DNA of 63,949 nucleotides, filler included, from Craspedostauros australis (Eukaryota), in the NCBI GenBank assembly GCA_030167865.1. It is 10 parts of 10 records of this genome, joined end to end, with 100 filler letters (N's around TTAATTAATTAA, not from the genome) between each part and the next. Parts side by side here need not be neighbours in the genome. Positions count along the whole stretch, not along the records: positions 39,149 to 50,044 come from JALAGF010003750.1; positions 50,145 to 61,039 come from JALAGF010003751.1; 8 more parts are not named here. One strand, written 5' to 3'. How positions within the stretch are numbered: the stretch's first letter is position 1; each line of letters begins with the position of its first letter. The position numbers and the translations under genes are program-made. Below the pieces are notes generated by a model, which made no database searches, had not been told where the DNA came from, and saw nothing but the letters and a program-made list of their open reading frames with translations. This document shows, piece by piece, positions 44,317-58,300 of this stretch.

Positions 44317-47300
44317 TCATCGGATGCGACGTCTGCCTCTGGATGTGTCAGACAGACAAAGGGCCATGATGAAGCAACCGGCGCCGAGCAGAAGCGACCC
44401 GGCAGCCATGGTGCCCCAGAAGTAACGCCGCACGAATGCGTCGTCGCTTCCGTTCTCGTTGCTGTTGGTGCCGCTCTTGCTTGTGTTTCTCCGTTCCGCC
44501 GACACCCCGTCACTTGCATCGGAGATACCACGTTTGCCCGATTCGGCGGGCATTGGGAGGTTACGATCAGCATCAGTCGTGATTGTAGCGGCATCAGCAT
44601 CATCACGACTGCGACCATCACCGTTATCGGATTCGGCGTTGTTGGCAGACACGTTGGCAACCGTTGATGACATCGCCTGTGCTCTGTCTGCAATGGAAGA
44701 TGCACCAATTCCACTCTTTCCGCTGGATTTCGTGTCTGCAGCGCCTGCTCCTGTGTTATCTCTCTTTTCTGCAGTCTCTGTGCTGCTCTGGGTTGTTGCT
44801 GTTGCATCGTTGGCGTTGTGTCCGTCGCCTGGCGCTGCGCTCAATTCGGTCAGTGTTGATGGCCGCTTCTCAATGATCTTGGGAGGTTGGATGGAAGATC
44901 CGTCTCCTCTGTTTCCGCCGCCTGGTGTGAATGGGGTGCCTGCAATGCTGCTCATCGCGTCAAAGCCTCTCTTGCCGATGCCCATGGTCGATTGGGAGGC
45001 CCCGTCGTTCCAGTCTTTCTCGCTCTTACCTTCCAAAATAGCGGAATCGAAGAAATTCTCCACCTCCTGGCACGTCAGTCCTTCTCGGCTGATCACTCGC
45101 AGCGCTCCAGTGTCGTATCTCGCAGCATCCTGCTCACGATCGGATTCGTTCATGTGGAATGGAGTGGCGTTGGCTCCGGGCGAGAACATGATCTCAACTC
45201 GGAACCGTCTCTGCAAAGGGATGGTGGTTGTGTGGTTGTTGGATCGAAGTTGGAGCAAGACCAAAGATTTGGTTTGGGATGAGTGTGCCATGTTATAAGT
45301 ATACGTACATATCAGATGTACGAGTTGGGAGCATGGCAGCAAGAAGCACAGGGGGGAACACTTGCAATTCACGTCAGACGAGAGTACTCGGAGACGACAG
45401 CCCCATACAATGTGGCAAACCGCAATGGTGCCATACGATCAAGCCAATGCATCTGAAACTGTGATTGCGGTTGCAGCTGCAAGTTCGACGTTGTTCCAGC
45501 CAACTTACCATATCATCCATCGAACGGCTGGTATCTTCAAACAACCGAAACACAATCTGCGTCAAGTAGCACAGTTCGCGAGTGTTGTTGATGATATCCG
45601 CTCCTTCGTCGGACACGGGCGAACGGATGTCTTCCTCGCCAGCAAATCGCAAGACATTGATCATCGTGTGGAGATGAGATTCGGACGTGAAGTACAGACG
45701 CGTTCGGATGCGTCTCCCCATGGTGTTGATGGGAAGATCCGCCGAGTAATCCATGTTGATCATGTACCGCATGTCAGTCTTGTTGTCGATGCGTGCGATG
45801 TTGAGATCGTACTTGATCTTCTCCAGCAGGGAGCTGCAAATCTTGACCCCCACGCTTCTCTTCTCGTTGATACTGCTTCCGTACTCCTGTGGCACCACGC
45901 AATCCGCCATTGATTTGGCCAACTCGTACAGCTTCTCCAGCGTGTGCGTGAGTCCCAAGTGAGGGTTGTGCAGCACACTACTCGTACAGCGTCACACATA
46001 TAGTATTGTATGTATTGGTGGAAGTTGGCGGGAGAAGTTTGGAGGACACAAGAAGTTGAGTACAATGAAAATGTGACGCACGCTCTCATGGCAGCCATTG
46101 TACGCATGCATGGCACATATTGAGACTCCCCGTTGACATGCAACCATGAACATGACAATGATAGAATCAACAGCAACAGCCGCAGTCACAGCCGCACACA
46201 CACACACACAAGTGCTGCTGGTGTGGCACTTACTCGAAGCGAACGTTGTCATGGACGTCAGGGATACGCGACAGATCAAAGATGTCTTCGTCGGTATCGT
46301 AGAGTCGCTTGTAGATGAACTTCCATCGTTCCGTCAGCTCGAGCAACGTCTCGCCCTTGTACAGCTTCACGCCGCTCAGTGCCACATCGTGCTCGCCATC
46401 GCCTTTCAGTCCCTCGCCGCCTTCGATGCGACGTTCGTCACCGCTGCCCATGAGCCCCAACATCTCCTCCAGCTCCGCGATGAGAAACCCCATCGTCTTG
46501 TAGATCTCCATGAGCGTCGCGCGTGGATTTCCAACTTCGGCGAGGGCATCGCGCATGGAGGTGAGCATGGCGGGGCCGACCAACTGCTCACGATCCTCTT
46601 CCGTTGTCTCGCGGTAGTCGACGTTGCGTTGCAGGTTCTTCGTGATCTTCTCCTTGCATTCGTCCAGCTCCTGCTTGACATCCTTGACGCCGGATGGGTC
46701 CAGCATGTGCATGCTCCCCTTCTCCTTGTGCACCAACGACACCAAGATAGGCGGGATCTCTCCCTCCAGCTCCAACAACCCCTTCGCGAAGGCTGCGGCA
46801 GTCTTCATCACGCGTCCTTCGTCGCTGGTCTTGATCTTCAGATCGTGACGGAAGGTGGAATGCAAGCGCAAGATACCGCCTCCGGCAATGTCGGGGTACA
46901 TGTCGTGTCGGAAACGCTGTCCCAGATGGATGGCCTGCTTCTCACCGAGCTTGGTCAAGTTGCCTCCCCACTTGAGCACCAGCTGGACTTCCGTGGCAGA
47001 GACAGCCCCGGTGGATGCATCCTCCTTCCATTCGCGCGGCTTGATCTGCAATTTGCGATTCAACCCGGTGATCTTCCAACGCTCCAGCACGTCCTTCATG
47101 TGACGCAGCTGATAGACGACCTTGCGGTTGGCCTTCGTGTTGGTGGTGGAGACGGATTCTTCGTCAAGCTCCTGCTCCGTCTTGTTGCGCAGGATGGTGC
47201 GGACGGTGTGCAAGAACTCGTGCATGGGGACCTTGTCCTTGATCTTGAGGTCCTTGCGTGGATTCTCGGCATGGTCGTGGAAGTACTTGAGGATCAACGG

Positions 47301-49399
47301 TTCGGTCATGTTGACCTTGAGCTTTTGCTTGGGCGTGCGGTCGCCATGGCGGATGACGGCAATGACGCAGCGCAACTCTTCCTGGTGTTCGTTGGGTCCG
47401 CACGGCAGGGTTTGGTTGGCCTTCAACTTGGACGTTTCGGAATCTGCGACGGAGGCCTCGGCGGATGGGCAGATGGATGCTGGTTCGGACGTGAGCTGAT
47501 CGGGGATGTCGCGCACAGGGATCGCACCTTCCTCAAGGGTGGTGGCCGCATTGGTGGAAGGTGTGATGGAATGGTCGGATTGCGACATGGCCTCACCATG
47601 GGATGAACCCACCGCCGCTTCGGCGTTGTCAGCATCCTTGCTAGCGGATGTGTCACCTTGCAGCATGTTGGCAAGCCGTGACAGAGTCGTGGTGGCGTGC
47701 TTGTGAAAGGCGCCGAGCTGGTCATCGTCATTGATGTTGGCACTGAGGGTGACCAATGGATCGACGGTCGAGAATCCCTTGAGGTTGTCCGGTTTGACAG
47801 CAGCCAGGATATGTTCCGTCATGATCTGAGCGCAATCCTCATAGTACTTTCTGCATGAATGCATGAGTGCGTGTGTGCGTGTGGGTGGCCGAGCACGTGG
47901 TCACGTGATGAAGAGAGTGGAGTGGAGTAGAAAAGATGAGTACATGAATGCACGAGAGGAGATGGGGCAGAGAGCGAGACGAGGGCGTGATTCTATCCGA
48001 GATCTGCCCATTCGCTGACTTCCATGTTTCACATCTGCTCGTATCCACCAGACACAGGCACAGACACAGACACAGACACGCAATAAGCAACTCCAGCAGG
48101 AACGTACCTGCTGTTCTTGACGAAAGACCACCCGTTGACGTCGCAACAGTAGGACACGACCGAATGGTCTTCCTGCACGCGCAGCAGATCGAAGCCGCAC
48201 ACGAACTGCTTGAACCCCAGCACGATGCGGCGCGCAATCTCCTTCTCGCGCAACGTGAGGATGACGGGGAACCGCACCTCCTTGCCATCGGAATTGCGCT
48301 GCACCTTGCCGTCGACGGTGGGAGATTTGCGCGCCTCGGCGTGTCCGTATTCGGGACCGACGGTGTACATCTTGACGTCCGTGCCTTGCGTTTCAACGAA
48401 CTCCTCGTAGATGTAGCTGCCGTCGCGCCGCACCTCGTTGACGTCGGCGTAGAATTCGGAAGAGCGGTTGCCGATCTTGCGGAAGAGTTTCTTGCAGCCG
48501 CCGCCTGCCGATGTGGGATAGTAGATGGCGATGTTGTGATCATCGGCGTCGACGGGCTTCTCCACGAAGGGCTTGTGCAGAACGATGCCGTTGATTTCAA
48601 TGTGATCGTCGTACTCCGTGACGCAGGGATCCCTGCCACCGTTGCCATCGCCGGTGCCCGTGGAGACGTAATCATCGCGACTGAGGTAGACATGGCGCGG
48701 CACGTCGATGCCCAAGGCCTCGAGGAGATCGTAGGCCTTGCGACGATCCTTGAGCGACTCCTGCATCTCCAGATCGTTGAGGTTGAACGGCTTGCGCAGA
48801 TCGACGTAGGCCTGCGCCTTCTGCAGCGGGTATCCCTTGGAGAAGAAGGCGATGAGGACGTCGCACGTCGGCCATTCCTCGATGGATCGGTTGAGGATGA
48901 TGTCATCAGAGAAAAAAACGACGTGGAACAGGGTTTCGTCGAGGCGGCTGAGGATCTCGGCCATGGGCTTCGATCGCGCCTTCTTGTCCAACGCGCAGAT
49001 GCCCAAGCGGATGCGATCGGGACTTCCGTCTGGCTCGGCCGCAGCGATGTACGGCATGGGTTTGGCGTTGGACTTCTTCTTCATGTGCTGCGGCTTCTTG
49101 AGGATGGGCGTCGGAGAGATGGGCGTGCTGCTCTTGCTGTTGCCCACGCTGCTGGCCGTGCTGTTGCTGTTGCTCTTGGAATGGGATGGGGCAGCAGCGA
49201 AAACGGACTGCTGCTGCTGTTGTTGCTGCTGTTGCTTCTGTTGCTTGGGTGGAGAGGATTGCAGCGTCACACTGGTCGCGGTGGAGGTCTCGGCTTGCTT
49301 CTTCTCTCCGCCATTGTCGTCGTTTTTGCCAATGTTGCCGCCGACCACTGCGGTGACGGCACAAGGGATGCCTTCGGACGGCGTGGAGGGAGTCGTCAT
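44317..49399 (-). CDS. VIP1: Inositol hexakisphosphate / diphosphoinositol-pentakisphosphate kinase (PPIP5K/VIP1), 4 exons (49399-48108, 47850-46234, 45977-45509, 45210-44317), 1423 aa
   Basis: ATP-grasp kinase motifs ([48 protein letters not shown]); His-phosphatase motifs ([31 protein letters not shown]). Three GT-AG introns (257, 256, 298 nt) join in phase: NSR|KYYED, VRFD|VLHN, DDM|RRFRVE. Confidence 0.95.
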
Positions 49400-49847
49400 C
49401 GTGCAACGATGTCCCTGAAACCGACGACTCTACTCTACTCTACTATATTTGTAAGCCGCACGAGTAGGAAGTCAGGCACACATGCAGAAGTATGATACTC
49501 TATGATGCAATAGTTGTCGGTGAATCTCTGTGATGAATGAAGCAGAAAGTGTTCGGCATGGTGTGTGGCAGAATGTGGAACGAGAGGTGAAAACCTGGCG
49601 AAAACGACGAATGAGCGGCGCCGACTACGCCCCACGTCATGGTCAATGCGTTTGTCGCGAACACGACTCAAGCGACCAAAGTTCGCGTTTTGTTTGAGGG
49701 ATGACTCATTTGACTACTTTGAATCTTCCACTCTTCGCTTTCGTGACATCGCAGACCATCGCCACCAAATGACAGCCAAAACAACACGAGACAACCGTGG
49801 TAACGACAAGAACACCAGCAATGGTGACAACGACAGACAGATGATCC

Positions 49848-49908
49848 CAATCACAATCACAATCACAATCACAACCACAACCACAACCACAACCACAACC
49901 ACAATCAT
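49848..49908 (+). repeat. Compound hexamer microsatellite (ACAATC)n(ACAACC)n (also ~60843-60903)
   Basis: Read directly. Confidence 0.9.
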
Positions 49909-50044
49909 AGACACAACGCAAACCCTCTCTGACAAGGCAAGCGACTGCCATTCAAACGCTGACGCTCTCAACCTCATCGTGTGATCACTGATCGACGCAG
50001 AGCTTCATCTTGTGGTTGGTTCTTCATCCAAACAGGGAGAAGAG

Positions 50045-50144
50045 NNNNNNNNNNNNNNNNNNNNNNNNNNNNNNNNNNNNNNNNNNNNTTAATTAATTAA
50101 NNNNNNNNNNNNNNNNNNNNNNNNNNNNNNNNNNNNNNNNNNNN
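50045..50144. other. Artificial contig spacer
   Basis: N44-TTAATTAATTAA-N44. Confidence 0.98.
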
Positions 50145-50517
50145 TGTTGTTGTAATTGATTGTGTTAGAGTGGTGATTAACGAAATGAAATTATTGTATG
50201 CAGGGGGAACTGAAAAAAGGTTTTGGAAGGTGGATTGGATGGCTCGATACACGTTTGTGTCACCCGATTTCCAATGCTATGTCTGTGTGTGCTTGTTGTG
50301 TGTTTGGTTTGGCCATGTTGGTCCGCCAGTCCTATCCTGCGGAGATAGTTCGAAGTAGCGGTGGTGATGTTGGGGGTGTTTGTGTGGCGACGATGGTGGT
50401 GAGTAAAAAGGACATCATTCGCCAGCGGGATTGGAATACACTCTCGTGTGTATTGGTTGGTACTGTCACGGCATGGTGTGCCATGATGTGCCATGATGTG
50501 TCATGCACCTGCGCCGC

Positions 50518-51828
50518 TTACTTCGTTGGTCGGACCTCCCAGTCGAACTGTATGCTCTCCAGCAACCGGATGCGATGCTGGGACATGGCCGATTGGCGTC
50601 CTTGGAAGAAGAGCTTGTACTGTCGTCGTTGGCACTTGACCCACGTGGCGAGCTTCTTGTCGGTGAAGGTGGAGGGCACGTGGCAGGTGTTGTGCTGCTG
50701 CTTGTACTCCACCAGGGCCGAGTACTTCTCGCACCAGTTGGCTTCGTGCGAGTCCCAGACGAATTCGACGTCGTTGAGGAGCTGCAAGCGCTCGGGCGTC
50801 ATGGAGGACGACTGCGAGCTTTGCAGCATCTTGTACTGCCGGCGCTGGCGCTTGACCCAGCGTGCCAGCTGCGGGTTCTTGGGGTACGTGTGGGGGACGG
50901 CGGAATGGCCGTTCTCGGCGAAAAAGAGTTTGAGCTCCTTGTACCGCGCCGCCCACTTCTCCTCATGGAATGGCTTGAGGTGGGTCATTGTGGTGTCGAC
51001 CTTTTTGGTGCTGCCGTTCGCTTTGCTCGTGTCATTGTCGCTGCAGCCGCTGCCGTTGGGGGTGCCGTGGACGCTCTCATCGTTGTGGCTGTCCGCGCTC
51101 GTCTTGGATGACGTGGATAATGAGGAGGAGGAGGAGGATGACGAAGATGTGACCTGCGCGGGGATGGCGGCGGCTGCACGTGTGGAGGACAGTGATGATG
51201 AGAACACATGTGTCGGTGCCGCCAATGGAGATCCAACGTACGGGGCAGTTCCCATGGATGATGATGCCGATGCGGTCGAAACGATGGTTGCCGATGATGA
51301 CGGGACCTGGTCGGAAACGGACAAGCTCGAGACGCTGTTGTGATGGTCCTCGGTGTGGCCGAACATCATCTGGGGGTGGTACGTCTGCATCAGGAGGTGA
51401 TACGAGTTGGCATCGGCGGCAGGCACAACTGCGTTAGAGTCGGGTGAGATCCAATCCAGCGAGCTGGTGCTGCCGTTCATGGCTGCCAGGACGCTGGGGT
51501 CTGCCGCCGACAGAGCGTGGTCAAAGTCGAAGATCTTTGACATGGTGGCAGGTGAGTCGACTGGGAATGGATCGGCACCGGTTGTGTCCATCTCGTATGG
51601 GTTGTGGCGCTCGGGGATGTGATGTTGATCCACAAGCACCGTCGTTGGCGTGACGAGCGTCGACGACGGCATTCCTCCCGTGAGCGTGGGAGTCGATGGC
51701 AGGGACATGGGTGAGAATGTTTCCATGAAGCTGCCTCGAACGGTTGTTCTTGTGCAGTATGGTGACAGCGCCAAGGTTGCGATGGCGTTGTCGGTGTTGC
51801 TCTTTTTGCTGGAGACTTCCGTGCACAT
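50518..51828 (-). CDS. HA domain protein, 436 aa (allele B)
   Basis: Same as 39522-40832 with 5 amino-acid changes in the N-terminal part. Confidence 0.88.
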   Translation of the reverse strand: MCTEVSSKKSNTDNAIATLALSPYCTRTTVRGSFMETFSPMSLPSTPTLTGGMPSSTLVTPTTVLVDQHHIPERHNPYEMDTTGADPFPVDSPATMSKIFDFDHALSAADPSVLAAMNGSTSSLDWISPDSNAVVPAADANSYHLLMQTYHPQMMFGHTEDHHNSVSSLSVSDQVPSSSATIVSTASASSSMGTAPYVGSPLAAPTHVFSSSLSSTRAAAAIPAQVTSSSSSSSSSLSTSSKTSADSHNDESVHGTPNGSGCSDNDTSKANGSTKKVDTTMTHLKPFHEEKWAARYKELKLFFAENGHSAVPHTYPKNPQLARWVKRQRRQYKMLQSSQSSSMTPERLQLLNDVEFVWDSHEANWCEKYSALVEYKQQHNTCHVPSTFTDKKLATWVKCQRRQYKLFFQGRQSAMSQHRIRLLESIQFDWEVRPTK

Positions 51829-54800
51829 ATTGATTGATGCTGGTGCTGGTGTTGTTGGTGCTGTTGGTGCTGTTGGTGCTGACAATGGCGATGCCGTGTG
51901 TCGTGTGTGTCTTGTGTGGTGCGTGGGCGTGTGATTTCTTCTGTGATTGTATTTGTTCTGTGTTGTTGTTGTTCTTCTTCTTCTTCGCTGCTTGTTCACT
52001 TTGATGTGTTGCCCAGATTCGAATGGGGATTGGCGATGGTGATGATTATTGTGATTGGTGATTGATGATTGATGGCGATGGCTGTGATTTGCAAGTGAAA
52101 TACATGCGTTTTTGATTTTTGTGATCGTTCAAGTTGTGAGGATTTGTGAGTTGTGGGCAAGATGGAATTGATGGAATTGATGGTGTGTGTTGTTGTCTCT
52201 CGCTTGTGTGGCTGTTGCTTCCGCGGTCGCTCTTTGTGGTGGTGGTGATGGGTGATCACCGGAATGATGTGATGCTCTGCACTGGTGGTTGTGTGGATGT
52301 GTTGTTTCCACTGCGATCCTTGTCATCGGTGTTGTTTCTGTCAATTGTGCTTGATTCTGTCAAGTGTTGCTTTCTTCCAAGTACAATTGTACGAGGACCT
52401 AGTACTGCCACGAAAGAGTGGAGCAGTAGTTGCGCGCATTCGTGTGCACTCGTACGGTTTCGATTATCGCTCTGTCGTTGCTTTTCTTCGCTTTCTCCGT
52501 TTCCTTCTTCTGCCCTGGACGACAGCATCGAATGTCGTGATGGGAACCGGCAATGATTGTGACGCCATTGTGTGATTGCGTGTCGGGCGTGATGTCGTGC
52601 GAGCTGCTTGCCTGAGTCTGTTTCGTTTGTTCTTCTCCGAAGCCGCGGCGCAATTCTGCACGGAATTGACATTCGTGATGTGGAGCAAGCTGACACTTGG
52701 CGCTGCCTTCGCAGAACGGCTAATCGGGTTTATGAGAACCTCTTTGGGCTTAATGACCCTCTCGGATTGGCCTAGAGACCATCAGCGAATGACGTATGAC
52801 ACGTACGTAAGTTCAATAGGACTAAAGAAATAGACCCATTCCGAGCGATTCTTCGTGATTGCGCAAGGATGACGCCGCACGCCAATCGTGACATGACACG
52901 CGATTTCTTCCAAATACCAAATAACCTCACACAAAATCGCGTCGCCCGTACAAAAGCCAAATAACGGAACATCACACCTCCTCAGTCCGCGTGTAGCCGG
53001 AGACGCAACAACGGAGAGATGGAGATAGATAGATAGATAGATAGATCATGGGATGAAGATACCTACGAGCGCAGATGGGATCTCAGCATTGCGCATCGGA
53101 GGATTTTCTATGAGATGAGACCAAGACGTGCAGAACATGTCCGCATGATGTCTCAAGCTGCAGTCTTAAAGTATAGCAGAGCAGAGTAGGTAGAGTAGAA
53201 TGAAACGGTCGTATGAAGTGCCGCTGTGCTATCATGCTCCTGCCCCCTCAGTGCCGAACCGAGTTGTTGGGAGACGAAGCTGGTGAACTGACATGCAAGC
53301 CGATGGAACGCCTCCCAACAGGACCCGCACAAGAATAGTATGGAGAGTCTCACGAGGAGGTGGTCGTTGGCTGGCTTCATGCAAGCCCCATCTTGGAGAC
53401 GTGCAGCGAGCGAGAGGAGAACAATGGGAAGAAGCGATGACTGGAGGAAAGAGAGAGCACAACAGAGGTATGAAGATCCATGGAGAGAGAGATTGGGAGA
53501 CAGAATGCTGGTACGAATGTACTATTACACCACGCCTGCCATCCTACCGCTGCACTCCATACTCGCACAGCCATCGACGAGAACAACAGAAACAAGATCC
53601 CATCAAAGAGGCGACGAGGAAGGAGAAAAGAAGGAAGAAGGAAGAAGACGAAGAAACAAATGCCAACGGTTGGAGTATTGGGATGGCACCACCATCCAGG
53701 GTGGCCTGTCTTGGTCAGGAGATCGCTGCTGGTGCATCTGGTTTATCAAGTGTGACAAGAGTTCTACAGGACTCCAGTCATCCATCATCGTGGAGTGATC
53801 TTGGTTCCAGTGCGGTTCTGCACCCCAAGAACCAAAGTGTTAACCTGCTCTTGGCCCTTGGCTCGCTGTTCATGTCCCCCCTCGTGCTCCATTTCTGGCC
53901 GCGGGACGCATCATCGCCCACGCACATCCCTGTCGAGGCGAGAGGGAACATCGCTTCCCGGTCCCTGGCCAACCTCAACCTCTGCTCATTATCTGCTCCA
54001 CATCAGGGTTCTGGTTTGACATGTTGGAGGAATGATGTCAGCTCGAAGATTCAAGATACAGCGCACAACTCGTCCGTGGCGAGGTCCCAAGCGCGCTCCA
54101 CCATCGCTGGTCCGTGTCTCCAGCGAGGCGCAGAACCGAACCGTGAGAAGGCAAGCGCGGCATTCCAGTGGCCAATGCGATGCTGTTTCCCATGCGACAA
54201 TGACTTGCGCCAACAGCTACCGTATCCGCTTTGGCTGCGAACATGACGTCTGCGGCGTTTGTCCCTTTCTGCGTGTCCAAAGTACGAGTGGTGCAGGTCG
54301 ACGTGACCGTGGTCCTCCAGAGGAGGCGGTAGAGGTTAGTACAGCGAGGCATTGGTACGTACGGCACCATGGGCATGTGGGTGTCGGTTGCACAACACAC
54401 GGAGCAGATACGGTAAAGGAATTGTGTGGTATCTGTACCTGGACTTCACGAGTAGACTGCTCTTGGCGCCGATCCAATCGTTGCCGCCGCCAAGAGAGGC
54501 AACAAGAAGCATTGTGCGTCAGGTATGCATGATAGTGCCACGTTCTCACAAGCACAATCCCACACCACAACTGCCTTGCTTTGGCAGTTTTGGAAACTCA
54601 GTTTCTTCAGGCGAACGGTCACACTGGGGAACCATACAACCAGCGGTGCAAGTACGAGTACTTGACGTAGGCGCACCAGTATGTATGGACTGATTCATGA
54701 GAATGGCAGCTCGCGCGGGCAGAAAGGGAGACACATCATCACAGTGCTTACGACAAGTGAGGCCAATGCTCTGATGTGTCATGCGTGCGTGTGCAAAACG

Positions 54801-55311
54801 CTGCCGTGGATGTCCCGAACCCACAATGCACTCAGGCATGTGGTACCCCACAACCGGAACACCGACAATGTTGATGGAATCCCTACCAATTTGCTCGGAG
54901 GCAGCGGACAATGGCTCGGGAGCCACGTCAAATCGCATCGAGAACATGGAGATTGGGAAGTTCACTCTGTGCCGCATCACAAGGGAGGCTGATGATGGAA
55001 CAAAGATGAGGAAGGTCGTTGTACCGGCTCATGGCAACGGGGCATCACCTTTGTTTATCCGGACGAGTACTGGTAACACTCAATTTTATCATGACACCAT
55101 GCAACGGTGGATTAATGGCCTACGTCATTACTCGTGGTACCTCCAGCACCGCTCTGGACGCGCATGTGATGACAATCTTGTACCACCTCCAAGCTACTGC
55201 CTTGCGTGGGGCGGTGCCATCTATGTGTGGCGTGGTGCGGCGCGAGTATGCATCGTCGTCACTACCCTCTTCGCCAATTCTGTCGTGCCGCCACAATCTG
55301 CCACATCAGCT

Positions 55312-58300
55312 TCATCGGATGCGACGTCTGCCTCTGGATGTGTCAGACAGACAAAGGGCCATGATGAAGCAACCGGCGCCGAGCAGAAGCGACCCGGCAG
55401 CCATGGTGCCCCAGAAGTAACGCCGCACGAATGCGTCGTCGCTTCCGTTCTCGTTGCTGTTGGTGCCGCTCTTGCTTGTGTTTCTCCGTTCCGCCGACAC
55501 CCCGTCACTTGCATCGGAGATACCACGTTTGCCCGATTCGGCGGGCATTGGGAGGTTACGATCAGCATCAGTCGTGATTGTAGCGGCATCAGCATCATCA
55601 CGACTGCGACCATCACCGTTATCGGATTCGGCGTTGTTGGCAGACACGTTGGCAACCGTTGATGACATCGCCTGTGCTCTGTCTGCAATGGAAGATGCAC
55701 CAATTCCACTCTTTCCGCTGGATTTCGTGTCTGCAGCGCCTGCTCCTGTGTTATCTCTCTTTTCTGCAGTCTCTGTGCTGCTCTGGGTTGTTGCTGTTGC
55801 ATCGTTGGCGTTGTGTCCGTCGCCTGGCGCTGCGCTCAATTCGGTCAGTGTTGATGGCCGCTTCTCAATGATCTTGGGAGGTTGGATGGAAGATCCGTCT
55901 CCTCTGTTTCCGCCGCCTGGTGTGAATGGGGTGCCTGCAATGCTGCTCATCGCGTCAAAGCCTCTCTTGCCGATGCCCATGGTCGATTGGGAGGCCCCGT
56001 CGTTCCAGTCTTTCTCGCTCTTACCTTCCAAAATAGCGGAATCGAAGAAATTCTCCACCTCCTGGCACGTCAGTCCTTCTCGGCTGATCACTCGCAGCGC
56101 TCCAGTGTCGTATCTCGCAGCATCCTGCTCACGATCGGATTCGTTCATGTGGAATGGAGTGGCGTTGGCTCCGGGCGAGAACATGATCTCAACTCGGAAC
56201 CGTCTCTGCAAAGGGATGGTGGTTGTGTGGTTGTTGGATCGAAGTTGGAGCAAGACCAAAGATTTGGTTTGGGATGAGTGTGCCATGTTATAAGTATACG
56301 TACATATCAGATGTACGAGTTGGGAGCATGGCAGCAAGAAGCACAGGGGGGAACACTTGCAATTCACGTCAGACGAGAGTACTCGGAGACGACAGCCCCA
56401 TACAATGTGGCAAACCGCAATGGTGCCATACGATCAAGCCAATGCATCTGAAACTGTGATTGCGGTTGCAGCTGCAAGTTCGACGTTGTTCCAGCCAACT
56501 TACCATATCATCCATCGAACGGCTGGTATCTTCAAACAACCGAAACACAATCTGCGTCAAGTAGCACAGTTCGCGAGTGTTGTTGATGATATCCGCTCCT
56601 TCGTCGGACACGGGCGAACGGATGTCTTCCTCGCCAGCAAATCGCAAGACATTGATCATCGTGTGGAGATGAGATTCGGACGTGAAGTACAGACGCGTTC
56701 GGATGCGTCTCCCCATGGTGTTGATGGGAAGATCCGCCGAGTAATCCATGTTGATCATGTACCGCATGTCAGTCTTGTTGTCGATGCGTGCGATGTTGAG
56801 ATCGTACTTGATCTTCTCCAGCAGGGAGCTGCAAATCTTGACCCCCACGCTTCTCTTCTCGTTGATACTGCTTCCGTACTCCTGTGGCACCACGCAATCC
56901 GCCATTGATTTGGCCAACTCGTACAGCTTCTCCAGCGTGTGCGTGAGTCCCAAGTGAGGGTTGTGCAGCACACTACTCGTACAGCGTCACACATATAGTA
57001 TTGTATGTATTGGTGGAAGTTGGCGGGAGAAGTTTGGAGGACACAAGAAGTTGAGTACAATGAAAATGTGACGCACGCTCTCATGGCAGCCATTGTACGC
57101 ATGCATGGCACATATTGAGACTCCCCGTTGACATGCAACCATGAACATGACAATGATAGAATCAACAGCAACAGCCGCAGTCACAGCCGCACACACACAC
57201 ACACAAGTGCTGCTGGTGTGGCACTTACTCGAAGCGAACGTTGTCATGGACGTCAGGGATACGCGACAGATCAAAGATGTCTTCGTCGGTATCGTAGAGT
57301 CGCTTGTAGATGAACTTCCATCGTTCCGTCAGCTCGAGCAACGTCTCGCCCTTGTACAGCTTCACGCCGCTCAGTGCCACATCGTGCTCGCCATCGCCTT
57401 TCAGTCCCTCGCCGCCTTCGATGCGACGTTCGTCACCGCTGCCCATGAGCCCCAACATCTCCTCCAGCTCCGCGATGAGAAACCCCATCGTCTTGTAGAT
57501 CTCCATGAGCGTCGCGCGTGGATTTCCAACTTCGGCGAGGGCATCGCGCATGGAGGTGAGCATGGCGGGGCCGACCAACTGCTCACGATCCTCTTCCGTT
57601 GTCTCGCGGTAGTCGACGTTGCGTTGCAGGTTCTTCGTGATCTTCTCCTTGCATTCGTCCAGCTCCTGCTTGACATCCTTGACGCCGGATGGGTCCAGCA
57701 TGTGCATGCTCCCCTTCTCCTTGTGCACCAACGACACCAAGATAGGCGGGATCTCTCCCTCCAGCTCCAACAACCCCTTCGCGAAGGCTGCGGCAGTCTT
57801 CATCACGCGTCCTTCGTCGCTGGTCTTGATCTTCAGATCGTGACGGAAGGTGGAATGCAAGCGCAAGATACCGCCTCCGGCAATGTCGGGGTACATGTCG
57901 TGTCGGAAACGCTGTCCCAGATGGATGGCCTGCTTCTCACCGAGCTTGGTCAAGTTGCCTCCCCACTTGAGCACCAGCTGGACTTCCGTGGCAGAGACAG
58001 CCCCGGTGGATGCATCCTCCTTCCATTCGCGCGGCTTGATCTGCAATTTGCGATTCAACCCGGTGATCTTCCAACGCTCCAGCACGTCCTTCATGTGACG
58101 CAGCTGATAGACGACCTTGCGGTTGGCCTTCGTGTTGGTGGTGGAGACGGATTCTTCGTCAAGCTCCTGCTCCGTCTTGTTGCGCAGGATGGTGCGGACG
58201 GTGTGCAAGAACTCGTGCATGGGGACCTTGTCCTTGATCTTGAGGTCCTTGCGTGGATTCTCGGCATGGTCGTGGAAGTACTTGAGGATCAACGGTTCGG

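Larger units (their letters stand above)
39149..50044 (+). repeat. 10.9-kb contig near-identical to 50145-61039 (probable alternative haplotype)
   Basis: Same first and last bases; offset 10996 becomes 10995. I saw differences only at ~40583-41300. Confidence 0.93.

Noticed and set aside
42298..44667. 317-aa and 293-aa + strand ORFs between the HA gene and PPIP5K
   Set aside because: No recognisable motifs or coding-like composition; the second overlaps the PPIP5K 3' end in antisense. A decayed gene cannot be excluded.
16881..49399. A phosphate-signalling gene cluster (phosphoesterase, acidic/Lys protein, PPIP5K)
   Set aside because: PPIP5K is on a different contig and the proteins are predicted for different compartments; no linkage evidence.
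46146..49495. Long + strand ORFs (486 aa, 515 aa) and their copies at 57141-60490
   Set aside because: Antisense shadows of the codon-biased PPIP5K exons; no motifs.
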